In this document: piece by piece, positions 50,756 through 60,499 of the stretch
Layout of the letters: every line of letters begins with the position of its first letter
Numbering within the stretch: the stretch's first letter is position 1
Assembly: GCA_965203555.1 (NCBI GenBank)
Contig: CBDBCY010000001.1
Span: forward strand, 28,427 to 92,426
Direction of reading: 5' to 3'
DNA length: 64,000 nucleotides
Source: Acidimicrobiia bacterium
GTDB lineage: Bacteria; Actinomycetota; Acidimicrobiia; Spongiisociales; ZC4RG35
Position numbers and translations under genes: made by a program
The notes under the pieces: model-generated
Databases searched by the model: none
The model's input: only the letters and a program-made list of their open reading frames with translations
Told to the model about the DNA's origin: nothing

Positions 50756-50769
50756 ACCGCATACCGCCG

Positions 50770-50991
50770 CACTTTCCCCATGACGGGGAACAACGGCGGT
50801 CCCAATCTCATGGTCATCCCGCCTAACGAACTTGACGTGACTGCCCTTTTTGGCTGACCTCCGCAAACCCCGCTCTACGCAGTTCGCCGGCGACCTGCCG
50901 GCAGGGAAGGAGCCTAAGCCGCTCCAACTTTCACGCGGAGGTCTTGGATTCCTGGCAGCACACTTCGGCCGGGGCGGTTCGAAGTGGAGTT
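50770..50991 (-). pseudogene. Decayed hicBA copy (homologous to ~60150..60370)
   Basis: GSHVKFV...TAVVPRH; nucleotide colinearity with the intact pair. Confidence 0.8.
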
Positions 50992-51164
50992 CTCGGAGAA
51001 TTGAAGGCTGGCAGTCAATACCCTGTCATGTGAACCAGTTAGGTGGCCAGCCTGGCAACCGATACCGACAACCCCCTAGGGGCGGCCTCACCCGTCGCCG
51101 CTGCTCGACAGCTTCAGCCAGTCCAGTTGGCGTTCGGGTGTGACAGTCGCTCTGTTGATCGACC

Positions 51165-52163
51165 GTGGAAAGGAAGACCATGAGCAGCACTGCGCCGGAT
51201 CATGTCCCGACAAACATTCCCCCTTCCGATATCCGTCTTCCGGTCAAGGACTGGGAGCGGGTCCAGGAAGCGGCTCGAAAAAGCCGATCTCACAACACCA
51301 AAATCGCCTATCGGACCTACCTGTCGGCGTGGACCGCCCACGCCCGGAAACGAGGGGTGGAGGCCAAACCGGCCCATCCCGCCGCGGTAGCGGAATGGCT
51401 CACCAGCCTGGCTGACGAGGGCAAGTCGATCAGCACACTCCAAGTGGCCAGAGCCGCAGTCGCGGCAGCTCACCGTGAGGAAGGCCTGGATGATCCAACC
51501 ACCACCGAATTGGTGAGACGCGTGCTGTCGGGCCTGACACGGGAAGCCGCCAAACAGGGACGTCGACCCTCACAGGTGAAAGGACTGACCCGCGGGGACC
51601 TCCAGCGGATCCTGGCCCACTTTACCCGCCCCAACGGTGTCCCGCAGAGCCGGATCCTGCTCAGGGACCTGGCGCTGGTCCAGGTAATGCGCGACGGATT
51701 GCTGCGCCGCAGCGAGGCCGCCAACTTGATGTGGGGAGACGTTATCAGTATGGAAGACGGGTCGGGCCGGCTGACCATCCGTCACAGCAAGACCGACCCG
51801 GAGGGAAAGGGCGCGGTGATGTATCTCGCTCCGTCGACCATGGCAGCGCTCAACCGGATACGGCCCGAAGACGCCCAGCCCCATCAGGCGGTGTTCGGGG
51901 TCAGCGGCCCGCATCTGTCCACTCGAATCAAGGTACTCGCCGAAAGAGCCGGCCTGGGTTCGGGGTACAGCGGCCACAGTTGCCGAATAGGGATGGCCCA
52001 GGACCTGGCTGCCCACGGCGCCACGCTGGCGCAGTTAATGACCGCCGGTCGTTGGACCAACCCGACCATGCCCGCACTGTACACCCGCAACCAGACGGCA
52101 GCCAACAATGCAGTAGCACAGTACTACCAGCAACTCACTCTGCTAGACCGACACCCGAGCTAG
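51165..52163 (+). CDS. Cre-like tyrosine recombinase/integrase
   Basis: SAM-like N domain; catalytic R (LLRRSE), K (SKTD), HxxR (GHSCR), W (GRW), Y (PALYTR). Confidence 0.92.
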   Translation: MERKTMSSTAPDHVPTNIPPSDIRLPVKDWERVQEAARKSRSHNTKIAYRTYLSAWTAHARKRGVEAKPAHPAAVAEWLTSLADEGKSISTLQVARAAVAAAHREEGLDDPTTTELVRRVLSGLTREAAKQGRRPSQVKGLTRGDLQRILAHFTRPNGVPQSRILLRDLALVQVMRDGLLRRSEAANLMWGDVISMEDGSGRLTIRHSKTDPEGKGAVMYLAPSTMAALNRIRPEDAQPHQAVFGVSGPHLSTRIKVLAERAGLGSGYSGHSCRIGMAQDLAAHGATLAQLMTAGRWTNPTMPALYTRNQTAANNAVAQYYQQLTLLDRHPS

Positions 52164-52429
52164 GCCGATCGCGAACCTTGAGTTCCCACAGACGATCACC
52201 AGAGGTTGCCGTACCCTATTGAGGGGGACGACAACATGGCAGCGTCAGCCACGCCGGGGTTTACAGTGCGGTCTGGTGAGAAGAGCGACTGTCTCAGTAT
52301 CGGATCCTGCCGTGCAGGCCGAGGAATGCACCTTGACCGATACCTACCAGCCAGCAGAGTTTCATTCGCGACTTTGATCGACTGAGGTGGTGTGGCAACG
52401 CTGCGGCGACCACGGCATCCTTCCGTAAG

Positions 52430-52605
52430 AACGCACTCGACCCGGATCCCTGAACCCGGTTCGGAGTGGCATCCTACGCGCTTGGACCTATCCACGAACA
52501 CGATCAACTCACCCTGGTGGGATGGATTCGGTTTGTCGCCTTTGACAGCCAACATTCTGGCCGCTGGTGCCTCCCGCTCTGCACAACTCGCTACTCGGAA
52601 TTTAC
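52430..52605 (-). pseudogene. Relic of the RelE/BrnT-like toxin family of 21441..21707
   Basis: ELIVFVDRSKRVGCHSEPG vs PLVVFVDRFENMAFHSEPG. Confidence 0.45.
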
Positions 52606-52635
52606 GGACGATATGTTGCTTTCGGCGCTGAACGC

Positions 52636-52664
52636 TTGACTTTGGACGATGGTGAGGGTATTCT
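52636..52664 (+). promoter_or_regulatory. Sigma-A-like promoter
   Basis: TTGACT-N17-TATTCT. Confidence 0.6.
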
Positions 52665-52718
52665 TTGATATGGTAAGGTCCTTAGGGACGGGATGTCACC
52701 TATGAATAGGGGTTTTCG

Positions 52719-53021
52719 ATGGCGTTGGGTGTTAGGGCAGAAGAGGGAGATTGGGCAGGAAGTCCAGCTACCAAGGCTGATCTGACCTTGGTGCGAGTTG
52801 ATCTGATGGGAATGGTCAAGGATGTTGAGGGCAAGGTCAAGGATGTTGAGGGCAAGATCAAGGATGTGGAAGGCAAGATCAAGGATGTGGAGGGAATCGT
52901 CAAGGACTTCAGGGTTGAAATGACCAGCGAGATCGCCAAGCTGCGGGTGTCGATGGCTTGGATGACGGTGGGTGTGGTGATGGGCCTGGGAGGTTTGATA
53001 GCCCTTTTCGAGTTCCTTTAG
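52719..53021 (+). CDS. CCDC90/DUF1640-like coiled-coil TM protein, paralog of 50312..50755
   Basis: ATKADL, four KDVEG heptads (21-bp repeat 52815..52898), LRVSMAW.TVGV TM. Confidence 0.7.
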   Translation: MALGVRAEEGDWAGSPATKADLTLVRVDLMGMVKDVEGKVKDVEGKIKDVEGKIKDVEGIVKDFRVEMTSEIAKLRVSMAWMTVGVVMGLGGLIALFEFL

Positions 53022-53160
53022 CAATCACAAAACCCAACTCGGGAGGTCGCCCACGGCGTTGGCCGGGGCGACGGTGGGATGACTACATGTGTTTTGACGA
53101 ATCCCCTCGGCGTCTGTCGCCTTCAGGTTTCAGCGATGTCTCGACTCCGGGTTCAAAAGG

Positions 53161-53190
53161 GTAGGAGGCCCCTTTGGGGGGGCCTCCTAC
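53161..53190 (-). terminator. Terminator hairpin after S-layer copy B
   Basis: Same stem as 50052, followed by CCTTTT on the - strand. Confidence 0.85.
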
Positions 53191-53213
53191 TGGTTGTTGG
53201 GGGGTGGGTTGGT

Positions 53214-55424
53214 TTACGCGACGGATGCGGCGGTTTCCACCTCGAAGATGCTTTGGCCGTCGTCGTCGTAGAGCACCACTTGCACGGTGGCTTCGGTCTT
53301 TGTTTGACCGGTGGTTGCCGTGAGTCCCACGCCGATCAGTTCCTCGAACTTGGCCATGTCGACCACCTTGCCCGCGTTGAGGAACTTGTCGTTCGAGTCG
53401 TAGGTGTACAGGTTACCGCCGATCCGGAACCGGTTGTCGTCGCCGTACACAGCGTTGAGTGTGGCGGCGTCCGCGGTGGTGTCGTCGCCGGCATGGTTGA
53501 CAGGCGTCACCATCACATCGGCGGCCTCCGGAGCGCCGGTAACGGGCGTGGTGCCGTCGGCTTCGTTGATAGTTCCGTAGTCGATGGTGATGTCGGTGCC
53601 CGCCGCGGTGGGTGTCACCGAGGTGCGGTAGCTGGCCATGCCCCGGCTGTTGATCACCCTGGTCGAAGCGGTACCCACCGGAGTGGTACCGGCCGAACCG
53701 ATGGTGATATCGATCTTGTTACCGGCGCCGATCGGGTTGCCGTACTGGTCATAGACGCTCACCGTGGCCCGGATGCTCACCTTGCCACCGTCGATGATCA
53801 CATACTCGGGCGCGTCTCCCATAGCAGAAGCGCCGTCCGTTCCCACGATGGTCGGGTCGGCGTCGCTCCACACGATCTCATACGGCTCGGTCTCGCCAAC
53901 GGTCGCGTCCTCGACCGTGCCATCCCCGTCCACGTCGGACGTGAAGGTCAGCGCGTCGGTCCTACCCGTGTCGGTATCGCCCTTGGTGGACTTGGGACCG
54001 GTCACCGTGTAGGTGGCCATACCCATGTCATCGGTGGTCAACGTCGCAATGTTGGGATTCACGAACTCGTCCGAATCGTCGGAACCGTCGTCCTTGTTCA
54101 GACCAACCTGGATCTTCACACCCGACTTGGCAACCTTCTTGCCGTCACCGTCCGCAAGTTGCACCGTCACCGTGACGCTGTTGTCAGCGTCCAGATCCAC
54201 CGTGTTGTCATTGTTGGACATCTTGCTGATGTCAGAAGAAGCCATCAACTGGGTGGCGTCCTTGGTCGAGGACAACGTGACCATCGCATGATCGGACGTA
54301 TCAGCATCGAACTCGTCGCCGTTCTTGGCGCCCATCCACGCATAATACGTGTTCTTCATACCGTCCTGTACGTCACCGGTCTCATACAGGTTGCCGTACA
54401 TATCAGTCAGAGCCTCGGCGTCGCTCCAAGAACAATCATCCGCCATCATGCAGGTGCCGTCCTCCTTGAGCGCGTCCCCGTCGATGTCATCAATGTTGAA
54501 CACCTTGATCGACTTATCCGCCATCGGCATGAAATCATCACCCCGATACGAAACCGCGATCGTGGTCTCAAACATATCGAAATCCCAGGTCTTGGCCGCC
54601 TGGATACTGATCCCCGCCGGGCGGGCGTTGGAATGATCCAACACACCAGCCATGAAACCGGCCATCGACGCACGAGTGATCAAAGCCGACGGACCATACG
54701 CCGTGTCCGAGATACCCGAAGCAACACCCAACTCATAGAGATTGGTGATCGCGTCATAAGTGGTCTTGGTCACATTCCCCAAATCCGTATAAGGCGAACC
54801 GATCTTCTTCGTCTCATCCGCATCAGTATCCGGATCGTCATCGACCGCCATCACCTTCGACGGGATGTAACCGTACACCTTGGTCTTGCTCTCCATCATC
54901 GGCGTCATCTTGTCCATCAACCGAGAGATAAACAACGCCATCTGACCACGAGTCACACTGTCCGCAGGCGAATAAGTGGTCGCAGAAGTACCCATCGTGA
55001 TACCCAGATCGGCCAACTGATTGATCGCGGTCTGCGACTCAGCAGACAAATCACCGACATCGGTGAAACCAGCATCATCCGGATCGGACACCACGTCGAT
55101 ACCCACCAGGCCGGCCAAACGGGTCAAAAACAGGGCCATGTGCTCACGGGTCACCGACATCAACGGCGAATACGTAGTCGCAGACGTGCCCTTGGTGATC
55201 CCGTAATAAGCGATACAGTCGATGTCACCAGCGTTGGCATGACTCATCGGAACATCCTCAAAGCCCGACGAAGGCGCCATACCACAGGCGTCGAAAGTCG
55301 CCTTGTAATCCGCCTTCGGATCATCAGCAGCAGCAACAGGCACCGCGACCAGCACACTGGCCATCAAAGCAAGCACCGAAAGCACCGCTACATGACGCCG
55401 AAAACGGCTAAAAGTAGCAAACAT
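53214..55424 (-). CDS. SLH-domain S-layer-like protein, copy B (736 aa, intact)
   Basis: Signal peptide, SLH repeats, acidic D/T/G-rich beta-type C-terminal region. Confidence 0.88.
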   Translation of the reverse strand: MFATFSRFRRHVAVLSVLALMASVLVAVPVAAADDPKADYKATFDACGMAPSSGFEDVPMSHANAGDIDCIAYYGITKGTSATTYSPLMSVTREHMALFLTRLAGLVGIDVVSDPDDAGFTDVGDLSAESQTAINQLADLGITMGTSATTYSPADSVTRGQMALFISRLMDKMTPMMESKTKVYGYIPSKVMAVDDDPDTDADETKKIGSPYTDLGNVTKTTYDAITNLYELGVASGISDTAYGPSALITRASMAGFMAGVLDHSNARPAGISIQAAKTWDFDMFETTIAVSYRGDDFMPMADKSIKVFNIDDIDGDALKEDGTCMMADDCSWSDAEALTDMYGNLYETGDVQDGMKNTYYAWMGAKNGDEFDADTSDHAMVTLSSTKDATQLMASSDISKMSNNDNTVDLDADNSVTVTVQLADGDGKKVAKSGVKIQVGLNKDDGSDDSDEFVNPNIATLTTDDMGMATYTVTGPKSTKGDTDTGRTDALTFTSDVDGDGTVEDATVGETEPYEIVWSDADPTIVGTDGASAMGDAPEYVIIDGGKVSIRATVSVYDQYGNPIGAGNKIDITIGSAGTTPVGTASTRVINSRGMASYRTSVTPTAAGTDITIDYGTINEADGTTPVTGAPEAADVMVTPVNHAGDDTTADAATLNAVYGDDNRFRIGGNLYTYDSNDKFLNAGKVVDMAKFEELIGVGLTATTGQTKTEATVQVVLYDDDGQSIFEVETAASVA

Positions 55425-55655
55425 AAGTAAGCATATCGGACGGGCGTTTTCTTCGCTATTTTGTTCCTCGGCCGCCAGCAGACGCCGGGGATCCGATCTT
55501 CGTCCCTCGAGAGCCGACGATCCCACCGACTCTGCTCTCATCAGTAGCCTGGTGCTTGTGGCTGTGAAAGGACCTCGAAAAGGGCTTGTCAGGCTCCCCC
55601 AGCCCGTTGCATGAGGGTAGGTTCTCGTTAAACTAGGGGACGGAGGAAACACATT

Positions 55656-56141
55656 ATGGCTGGCGAGTTGACCTTTCCTGTCCGTCCTGCATCCGAGATC
55701 CCTACCAGGCGGGAGCCTTCCTTTCGGGTGCGTCGCCGCGCAGTCGCCGAGTTGCCGCCCCACATGGTGGGCCGGACTCTGTTGGAGGCTTATCGCACAC
55801 CACTCTTGCAGTTCATAGCCGACTGGAACCGTTCACCTGCCAAAGCGGACATGATCGAAAAAGTCCCTTCCTATGAAGGTTCCGACCTTTATCTGCTGCC
55901 TTCTGTCGCGGCGGTGGTCCATGCTCTGGTCGACCGGCATCACCTGGCTGTTCCGGACTGGGTGTGGGAACATGAAGCCCCCGAGGATTGGGTCCTTTTC
56001 TGTGAGCCCGGGGAGTCCGGATCCTTTTTCTGGCGGAGGGGAATGGAGAACGCTCCTTCTACCTGCCGTCACCATCGGGTCTTTTTCCATTACAGGCTGT
56101 TGGATAAAGGGACACCCGATTGGTGGCTGCCATGGACCTGA
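55656..56141 (+). CDS. Hypothetical protein, possibly the antitoxin-like partner of a truncated downstream gene (MDLTPKRIVELFLEVDAEL at 56132)
   Basis: GGAGG RBS; AAVVHAL...VPDWV...RHHRVF. Confidence 0.55.
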   Translation: MAGELTFPVRPASEIPTRREPSFRVRRRAVAELPPHMVGRTLLEAYRTPLLQFIADWNRSPAKADMIEKVPSYEGSDLYLLPSVAAVVHALVDRHHLAVPDWVWEHEAPEDWVLFCEPGESGSFFWRRGMENAPSTCRHHRVFFHYRLLDKGTPDWWLPWT

Positions 56142-56799
56142 CCCCAAAGCGTATCGTTGAACTGTTTCTGGAAGTGGACGCAGAGCTATACGTTCTCACG
56201 GACAGGCATCAGGGGACTGTCCTGATTTTTAGGTGAAACGAGCGGGATAAGTCAGATGATTTTCCCAACTATCTGAGCAATCCGACTGGCCACCATCACC
56301 CACCCAGTGAGCCTGCTCTCCTTCGGTCCGTTCCGCAAAGTCCCTCGGAAGAGGGCCACGCACGGATTGCACTCAAGACCGATATAAACAACTCTGACGA
56401 TTTCTACTTCCGGGTTTGCTCTGCTGTGACTGCATCACCGGTCAGCCCCGGGCGGTAAGGATGCTATTTGAGCAACGGAACTTCCAGCATGGCGGTTACC
56501 CCTTCAACGTACTGCGTGCTCTTGCCCACCAACTGGCCCTTTCCCCTGATACCGACGTAGGCCACCCCTCCCGTTTCCAGCAGCAGGTTCGCTCCCGTAT
56601 CCGTGTAGGACAGCACCATCATAAGTCCCAGGCCGCGAATCGGGTCGACCTCGGACGTTGTTGGCGATCACTGAAATTCCCCAGTCTCGATCACTGAAAT
56701 TCCCCACCCTCTGGGAGCAAATACCCGTTGTTGGGTAGGGCTCTCTCCAAGCTAGGCGATTGTCATGTCACTAGCTGTGGAGAGGAGCCCTATCCCCTT

Positions 56800-58098
56800 A
56801 TGTTGGTACTGGAGGAGTGCGTGGAAGTTCATGCTTTGAGGAGGCGGGGGTGGTCGATCTCGGCTATTGCTCGTCATTTGGGAAGAGACCGGAAAACGAT
56901 ACGGGCGTATCTGTCGGACGGGCGAGCCCCGGGCGAGCGTGCCCGGGCAGAGACGGATCTGTTTGATGAGTTCGAGGCGTATGTGCGGCAGCGGTTGTCT
57001 GATGATCCGCATGTGTGGGGGTCGGCGCTGTTCGACGAGGTGGTGGCTTTGGGCTATGAGCAGAGCTATGTGACGTTTGTGCGGAAGGTCCGTCTTCGGG
57101 GCCTGCGGCCGTTGTGTGGCGCCTGTGCGGGTACCAGGGGCCGGGCCACGGCGATTATTGATCATCCACCGGGTGAGGAGTGCCAGTGGGACTGGGTGGA
57201 ACTACGTGACGCCCCGTGGGGAGCCACCGCTCATGTGCTGGTGGGAGTGCTGTCGCACTCGGGCCGGTTTCGGGCGTGGATCACGTCCCGCCAGGACCAA
57301 CCCCATTTGGTGGAGGGTCTCGACCAGGTGTTGAGACGACTGGAGGGTACCCCGCGGCGGTGGAGGGTGGATCGGATGGCTACCGTGGTGGCGGCCAGTG
57401 GTCGTATCCAGCCGTCGTTCGTTGGGGTAGCCAAACACTACGGGGTGGCTGTCGATCCGTGCCCACCGCGCCGTCCCCAACGGAAAGGCGTGGTGGAAAA
57501 GGCCATCCACTATGTCTCTCAGCGGTGGTGGCGCACCGCAGCGGTGACCAGCATCGCCGAAGCACAGCACAGCCTGGACAGCTTCTGCCAGACCGTGGGC
57601 GATCTTCGCCCACGGCGGGAGAGCACGGTGGGCGAGCTGGCCGATAACGAGCCTCTCCTCGAGCTTCCTGCGGTGCCTTACCCGGCAGAAGGGATCCTGG
57701 AGCGCAGGGTGACATCCAACGGGCTGGTATCGGTACGCGGTAACCGATACTCGGTGCCACCAGGGGTGATAGGAACCCAGGTCACCGTCCGTTGGAGGCT
57801 CGGTGACCCCACCATCAGCATGTTCTCGGCCAGTGGCCGGCTGGTCGCTACCCACCAGCAGGCACCCCGCGGTATGGGACGGGTGGTTCGGCTACCCGAG
57901 CACACCGCTGCTTTGGAGAACGTGGTCCTGGCCGAGTTCACCACCAAACCACCGTGCAAACCCAAACCCAACCGTCCGCCATCGGACGCGGCTTTGGCTA
58001 TCGCCGCCGGTATCGGAGACCTGTACACAGAAACGGTGATCGATCTGGAGGTGTACCAGCGGCACATCGACCAACAAAACCGAAAAGCGGGTCTGTGA
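56800..58098 (+). CDS. istA: IS21 transposase
   Basis: HTH GWSISAIARHLG, PGEECQWDW, VDRM, KGVVEK, NRYSVP. Confidence 0.93.
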   Translation: MLVLEECVEVHALRRRGWSISAIARHLGRDRKTIRAYLSDGRAPGERARAETDLFDEFEAYVRQRLSDDPHVWGSALFDEVVALGYEQSYVTFVRKVRLRGLRPLCGACAGTRGRATAIIDHPPGEECQWDWVELRDAPWGATAHVLVGVLSHSGRFRAWITSRQDQPHLVEGLDQVLRRLEGTPRRWRVDRMATVVAASGRIQPSFVGVAKHYGVAVDPCPPRRPQRKGVVEKAIHYVSQRWWRTAAVTSIAEAQHSLDSFCQTVGDLRPRRESTVGELADNEPLLELPAVPYPAEGILERRVTSNGLVSVRGNRYSVPPGVIGTQVTVRWRLGDPTISMFSASGRLVATHQQAPRGMGRVVRLPEHTAALENVVLAEFTTKPPCKPKPNRPPSDAALAIAAGIGDLYTETVIDLEVYQRHIDQQNRKAGL

Positions 58099-58880
58099 TG
58101 AACCAATCGGTGTACCAACAACTACGAGGCCATCTGGCCTACCTCAACCTACCCGCCGCGGCCGAGGCGCTCCCCACCCACCTCGAACAGGCACGAACCA
58201 ACCGTGAAAGCCACACCGAGTTCCTTGAAGGTCTACTTCGAGTAGAAGTAGAGACCACCGAACAGCGGCGATGGGAAACCCGTCTCAAACTGGCCAACTT
58301 CCCCACCCGCTGGAAACTGGAAGACTTCGACTTCACCGCCCAACCCAGCATCGACGAGAAAATGGTACGAGAACTCGCCACCGGCGCCTACCTGACCGAC
58401 GCCACCAACGTTTTGTTCATCGGACCACCCGGCGTGGGCAAAACCATGCTGGCGGTCATCCTGGGCCGCGCCGCGGTAGACACCGGACACAAGGTGTACT
58501 ACACCACCGCAGCCGACCTGGCGGCGCGGTGCCGCAAAGCCGCCCTACAAGGAAGATGGGCCCAAACGTTGCGGTTCTTCAACACCCCCAAAGTGTTGAT
58601 CATCGACGAACTGGGCTATCTGCCCATGCCGGCAGAAGACGCCGCCACCCTGTTCCAGGTCATCTCCCGACGGTACGGAAAAGGGTCGATCATTCTCACC
58701 ACCAACCTCGGTGTCGCCTCGTGGGGAGAGATCTTCTCCGACCACACCATCGCCGCCGCCATGCTCGACCGACTGCTCCACAAAAGCGTGGTGTTCACCA
58801 TCACCGGCGACAGCTACCGCCTCAGAAGCTACCAAGCCCAAGCCCGAAAACACCGACCGAAAGGAGACCTGCTAGCCTAA
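58095..58880 (+). CDS. istB: IS21 helper ATPase
   Basis: GPPGVGKT, LIIDELGY, LDRLLH, GDSYR. Confidence 0.95.
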   Translation: MMNQSVYQQLRGHLAYLNLPAAAEALPTHLEQARTNRESHTEFLEGLLRVEVETTEQRRWETRLKLANFPTRWKLEDFDFTAQPSIDEKMVRELATGAYLTDATNVLFIGPPGVGKTMLAVILGRAAVDTGHKVYYTTAADLAARCRKAALQGRWAQTLRFFNTPKVLIIDELGYLPMPAEDAATLFQVISRRYGKGSIILTTNLGVASWGEIFSDHTIAAAMLDRLLHKSVVFTITGDSYRLRSYQAQARKHRPKGDLLA

Positions 58881-59185
58881 AACCACCCAACCCAGGGTGG
58901 GGAATTTCGATGATCGACTCTGGGGACTTTCGATGATCGTCATCAACGTGACACCCCCTGAAAACGCTGCCGCTACCGCCAAACCCTCAACAATGTCGGG
59001 ATACGCCTTGCGCATGCTGGCATGTATTCATACCCCGCTCGCTGGTGCTCCAACCGTTGGTGAACCACGGTGACGGCTGTAATAACAGCTACGGATGGCA
59101 GCGCAGAAGTGGCCGGTGCCGCCGGCAGCCCCAACTTCGAAGCGGTATATGGTGACGACAACCGGCTTACTACCATCGGCCCGGG

Positions 59186-59812
59186 ATGAGTCTTCTCTAC
59201 GACACCCGGGTGGTGGCTGCGAAACCGCGTGGCCAGTATCGAATATGGGTGCGCTTTGCAGATGGTTCCGAGGGAGAAACAGACCTGTCCTCCCTCATGG
59301 ACGATCCGTCCCAAGAGGAGTGGTTCGAGCCATGGCGCGACCCGGATTTTTTTGCTGATATCTCTGTCGGGGGTCTGGGAGTGGTTTGGGGAGACCCGAA
59401 CGATTGTCAAAGCCCGTACGACGCTGTGTCGCTGGCGGGTGACGCGCTGTACAGCCATGTCAAGGGACTGACATCGGTTGAGATGCACCCCGAGATGCAC
59501 GCCACGCGGGTGGTGAAAGCAGAACCGCTTCGCAAATACCGGGTGTGGATACGTTTCGCTGACGGGACCGAAGGTATAGCCGATCTCGGGGACTTCGCCG
59601 GTAGAGGTGTTTTCTCCGAGTGGGACGGTCCCGGTGGGTGGGAAGGGATGCGCGTCGTCCATGAAACGTTGGAGTGGGGATCGGGCGATCTTACGGACGT
59701 GGTGGACTTTTGTCCTGAAATGCTGTACTCGAGGGTATCGGGTATCGGCAGGGCGGATATGGAGACGCCTGACTTTGCAAGGGCCGCCTTGGAGAGACTC
59801 CAATCCCGCTGA
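59186..59812 (+). CDS. Tandem DUF2442-domain protein
   Basis: Two copies of TRVV.A.P...YR.W.RFADG.EG..DL. Confidence 0.8.
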   Translation: MSLLYDTRVVAAKPRGQYRIWVRFADGSEGETDLSSLMDDPSQEEWFEPWRDPDFFADISVGGLGVVWGDPNDCQSPYDAVSLAGDALYSHVKGLTSVEMHPEMHATRVVKAEPLRKYRVWIRFADGTEGIADLGDFAGRGVFSEWDGPGGWEGMRVVHETLEWGSGDLTDVVDFCPEMLYSRVSGIGRADMETPDFARAALERLQSR

Positions 59813-60092
59813 ATGCCTGAAATCTGTCGGATGGGTTCTCTGTCATTCAGATGTACCACGACGACCATCCATGGCCCCATATTCACGTCCGATATCCCGG
59901 GTCGCCTCCGCTGGTAGTCAGGATCCACAGTCTCGAAACCAAAGGAGCCGACCGGTTTACGGCTGGAGAAATCGGGAGAGTCTGAAATGGGTCAGATTGC
60001 GAGAAACGGAGTTGCTCTCCGCCTGGGAAAGGGCAGAACGGGGCGAGCACCCCGGCAGAATCACTCCCCTTAGCGAACCTACAGTTGGTTGA
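59813..60092 (+). pseudogene. Frameshifted DUF4160-family gene
   Basis: MPEICR..IQMYHDDHPWPHIHVRY, then W...ELLSAWERA..GE.PGRITPL in other frames. Confidence 0.7.
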
Positions 60093-60303
60093 ACTGTTCG
60101 ACGCTCAGTCCCGCTTGGCGCAAAATGCTGTTCAGTGTTCCGACTCGCACTTCCCTGTGGCGCGGAACGATGGCGGTGCGTATCTCATTGCCCTCCCGGT
60201 TCACGAACTTGACGTGACTACCCCTTTGGCTGATCTCGGCAAACCCCGCTCTGCGCAGTTTGCGCGCGACCTGCCTATAAGGGAGAGGACTAAGCCGCTC
60301 CAA
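60079..60303 (-). CDS. hicA: HicA toxin
   Basis: GF.EISQRGSHVKF, VPRH, GTLNSILRQAG. Confidence 0.92.
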   Translation of the reverse strand: MERLSPLPYRQVARKLRRAGFAEISQRGSHVKFVNREGNEIRTAIVPRHREVRVGTLNSILRQAGLSVEQFNQL

Positions 60304-60499
60304 CCTTCACTCGGAGGTTATGGATCTCCGGCAACACAGTCGGCCGGGGCGGCTCGAAGTGGAGCTCCAATGCCTCAGCAAGGTTGTTTAGAGCACCATC
60401 CGGAGACTCGCCTTGGCTCGCCACGTCAACCTCCAAGGCTTGCGCTATGAACCATCCGTCCTCTGGCCAGACAACCGCTGTGAATTGTTGCTCCTGCAT
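60290..60499 (-). CDS. hicB: HicB antitoxin (short form)
   Basis: EDGWFIA...VASQGES.D.AL.NL.EALEL. Confidence 0.9.
   Translation of the reverse strand: MQEQQFTAVVWPEDGWFIAQALEVDVASQGESPDGALNNLAEALELHFEPPRPTVLPEIHNLRVKVGAA

Larger units (their letters stand above)
56659..58945 (+). mobile_element. IS21-family insertion sequence
   Basis: TG...CA ends, repeated subterminal GATCA..GAAA.TCCCCA motifs at both ends, 4-bp TSD ACGT. Confidence 0.93.
56464..59035 (-). pseudogene. HATPase-fold gene fragment split by IS21
   Basis: Removing the IS restores AFSGGVT|SEVDPIRGLGL...LEVPLLK*. Confidence 0.6.

Noticed and set aside
51165-52163. Prophage or integron integrase
   Set aside because: No phage genes, no attC-like array and no IntI-specific insertion recognised
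53079-55430. 783-aa + strand ORF and other long antisense ORFs (1100..2818, 40047..41840, 8931..10289, 32766..34040)
   Set aside because: Shadow ORFs opposite well-supported genes, typical of high-GC DNA
55425-55763. 113-aa N-terminal extension of S-layer copy B in the ORF track
   Set aside because: Homology with copy A and the signal peptide begin at ATG 55424, and the extension overlaps a divergent gene
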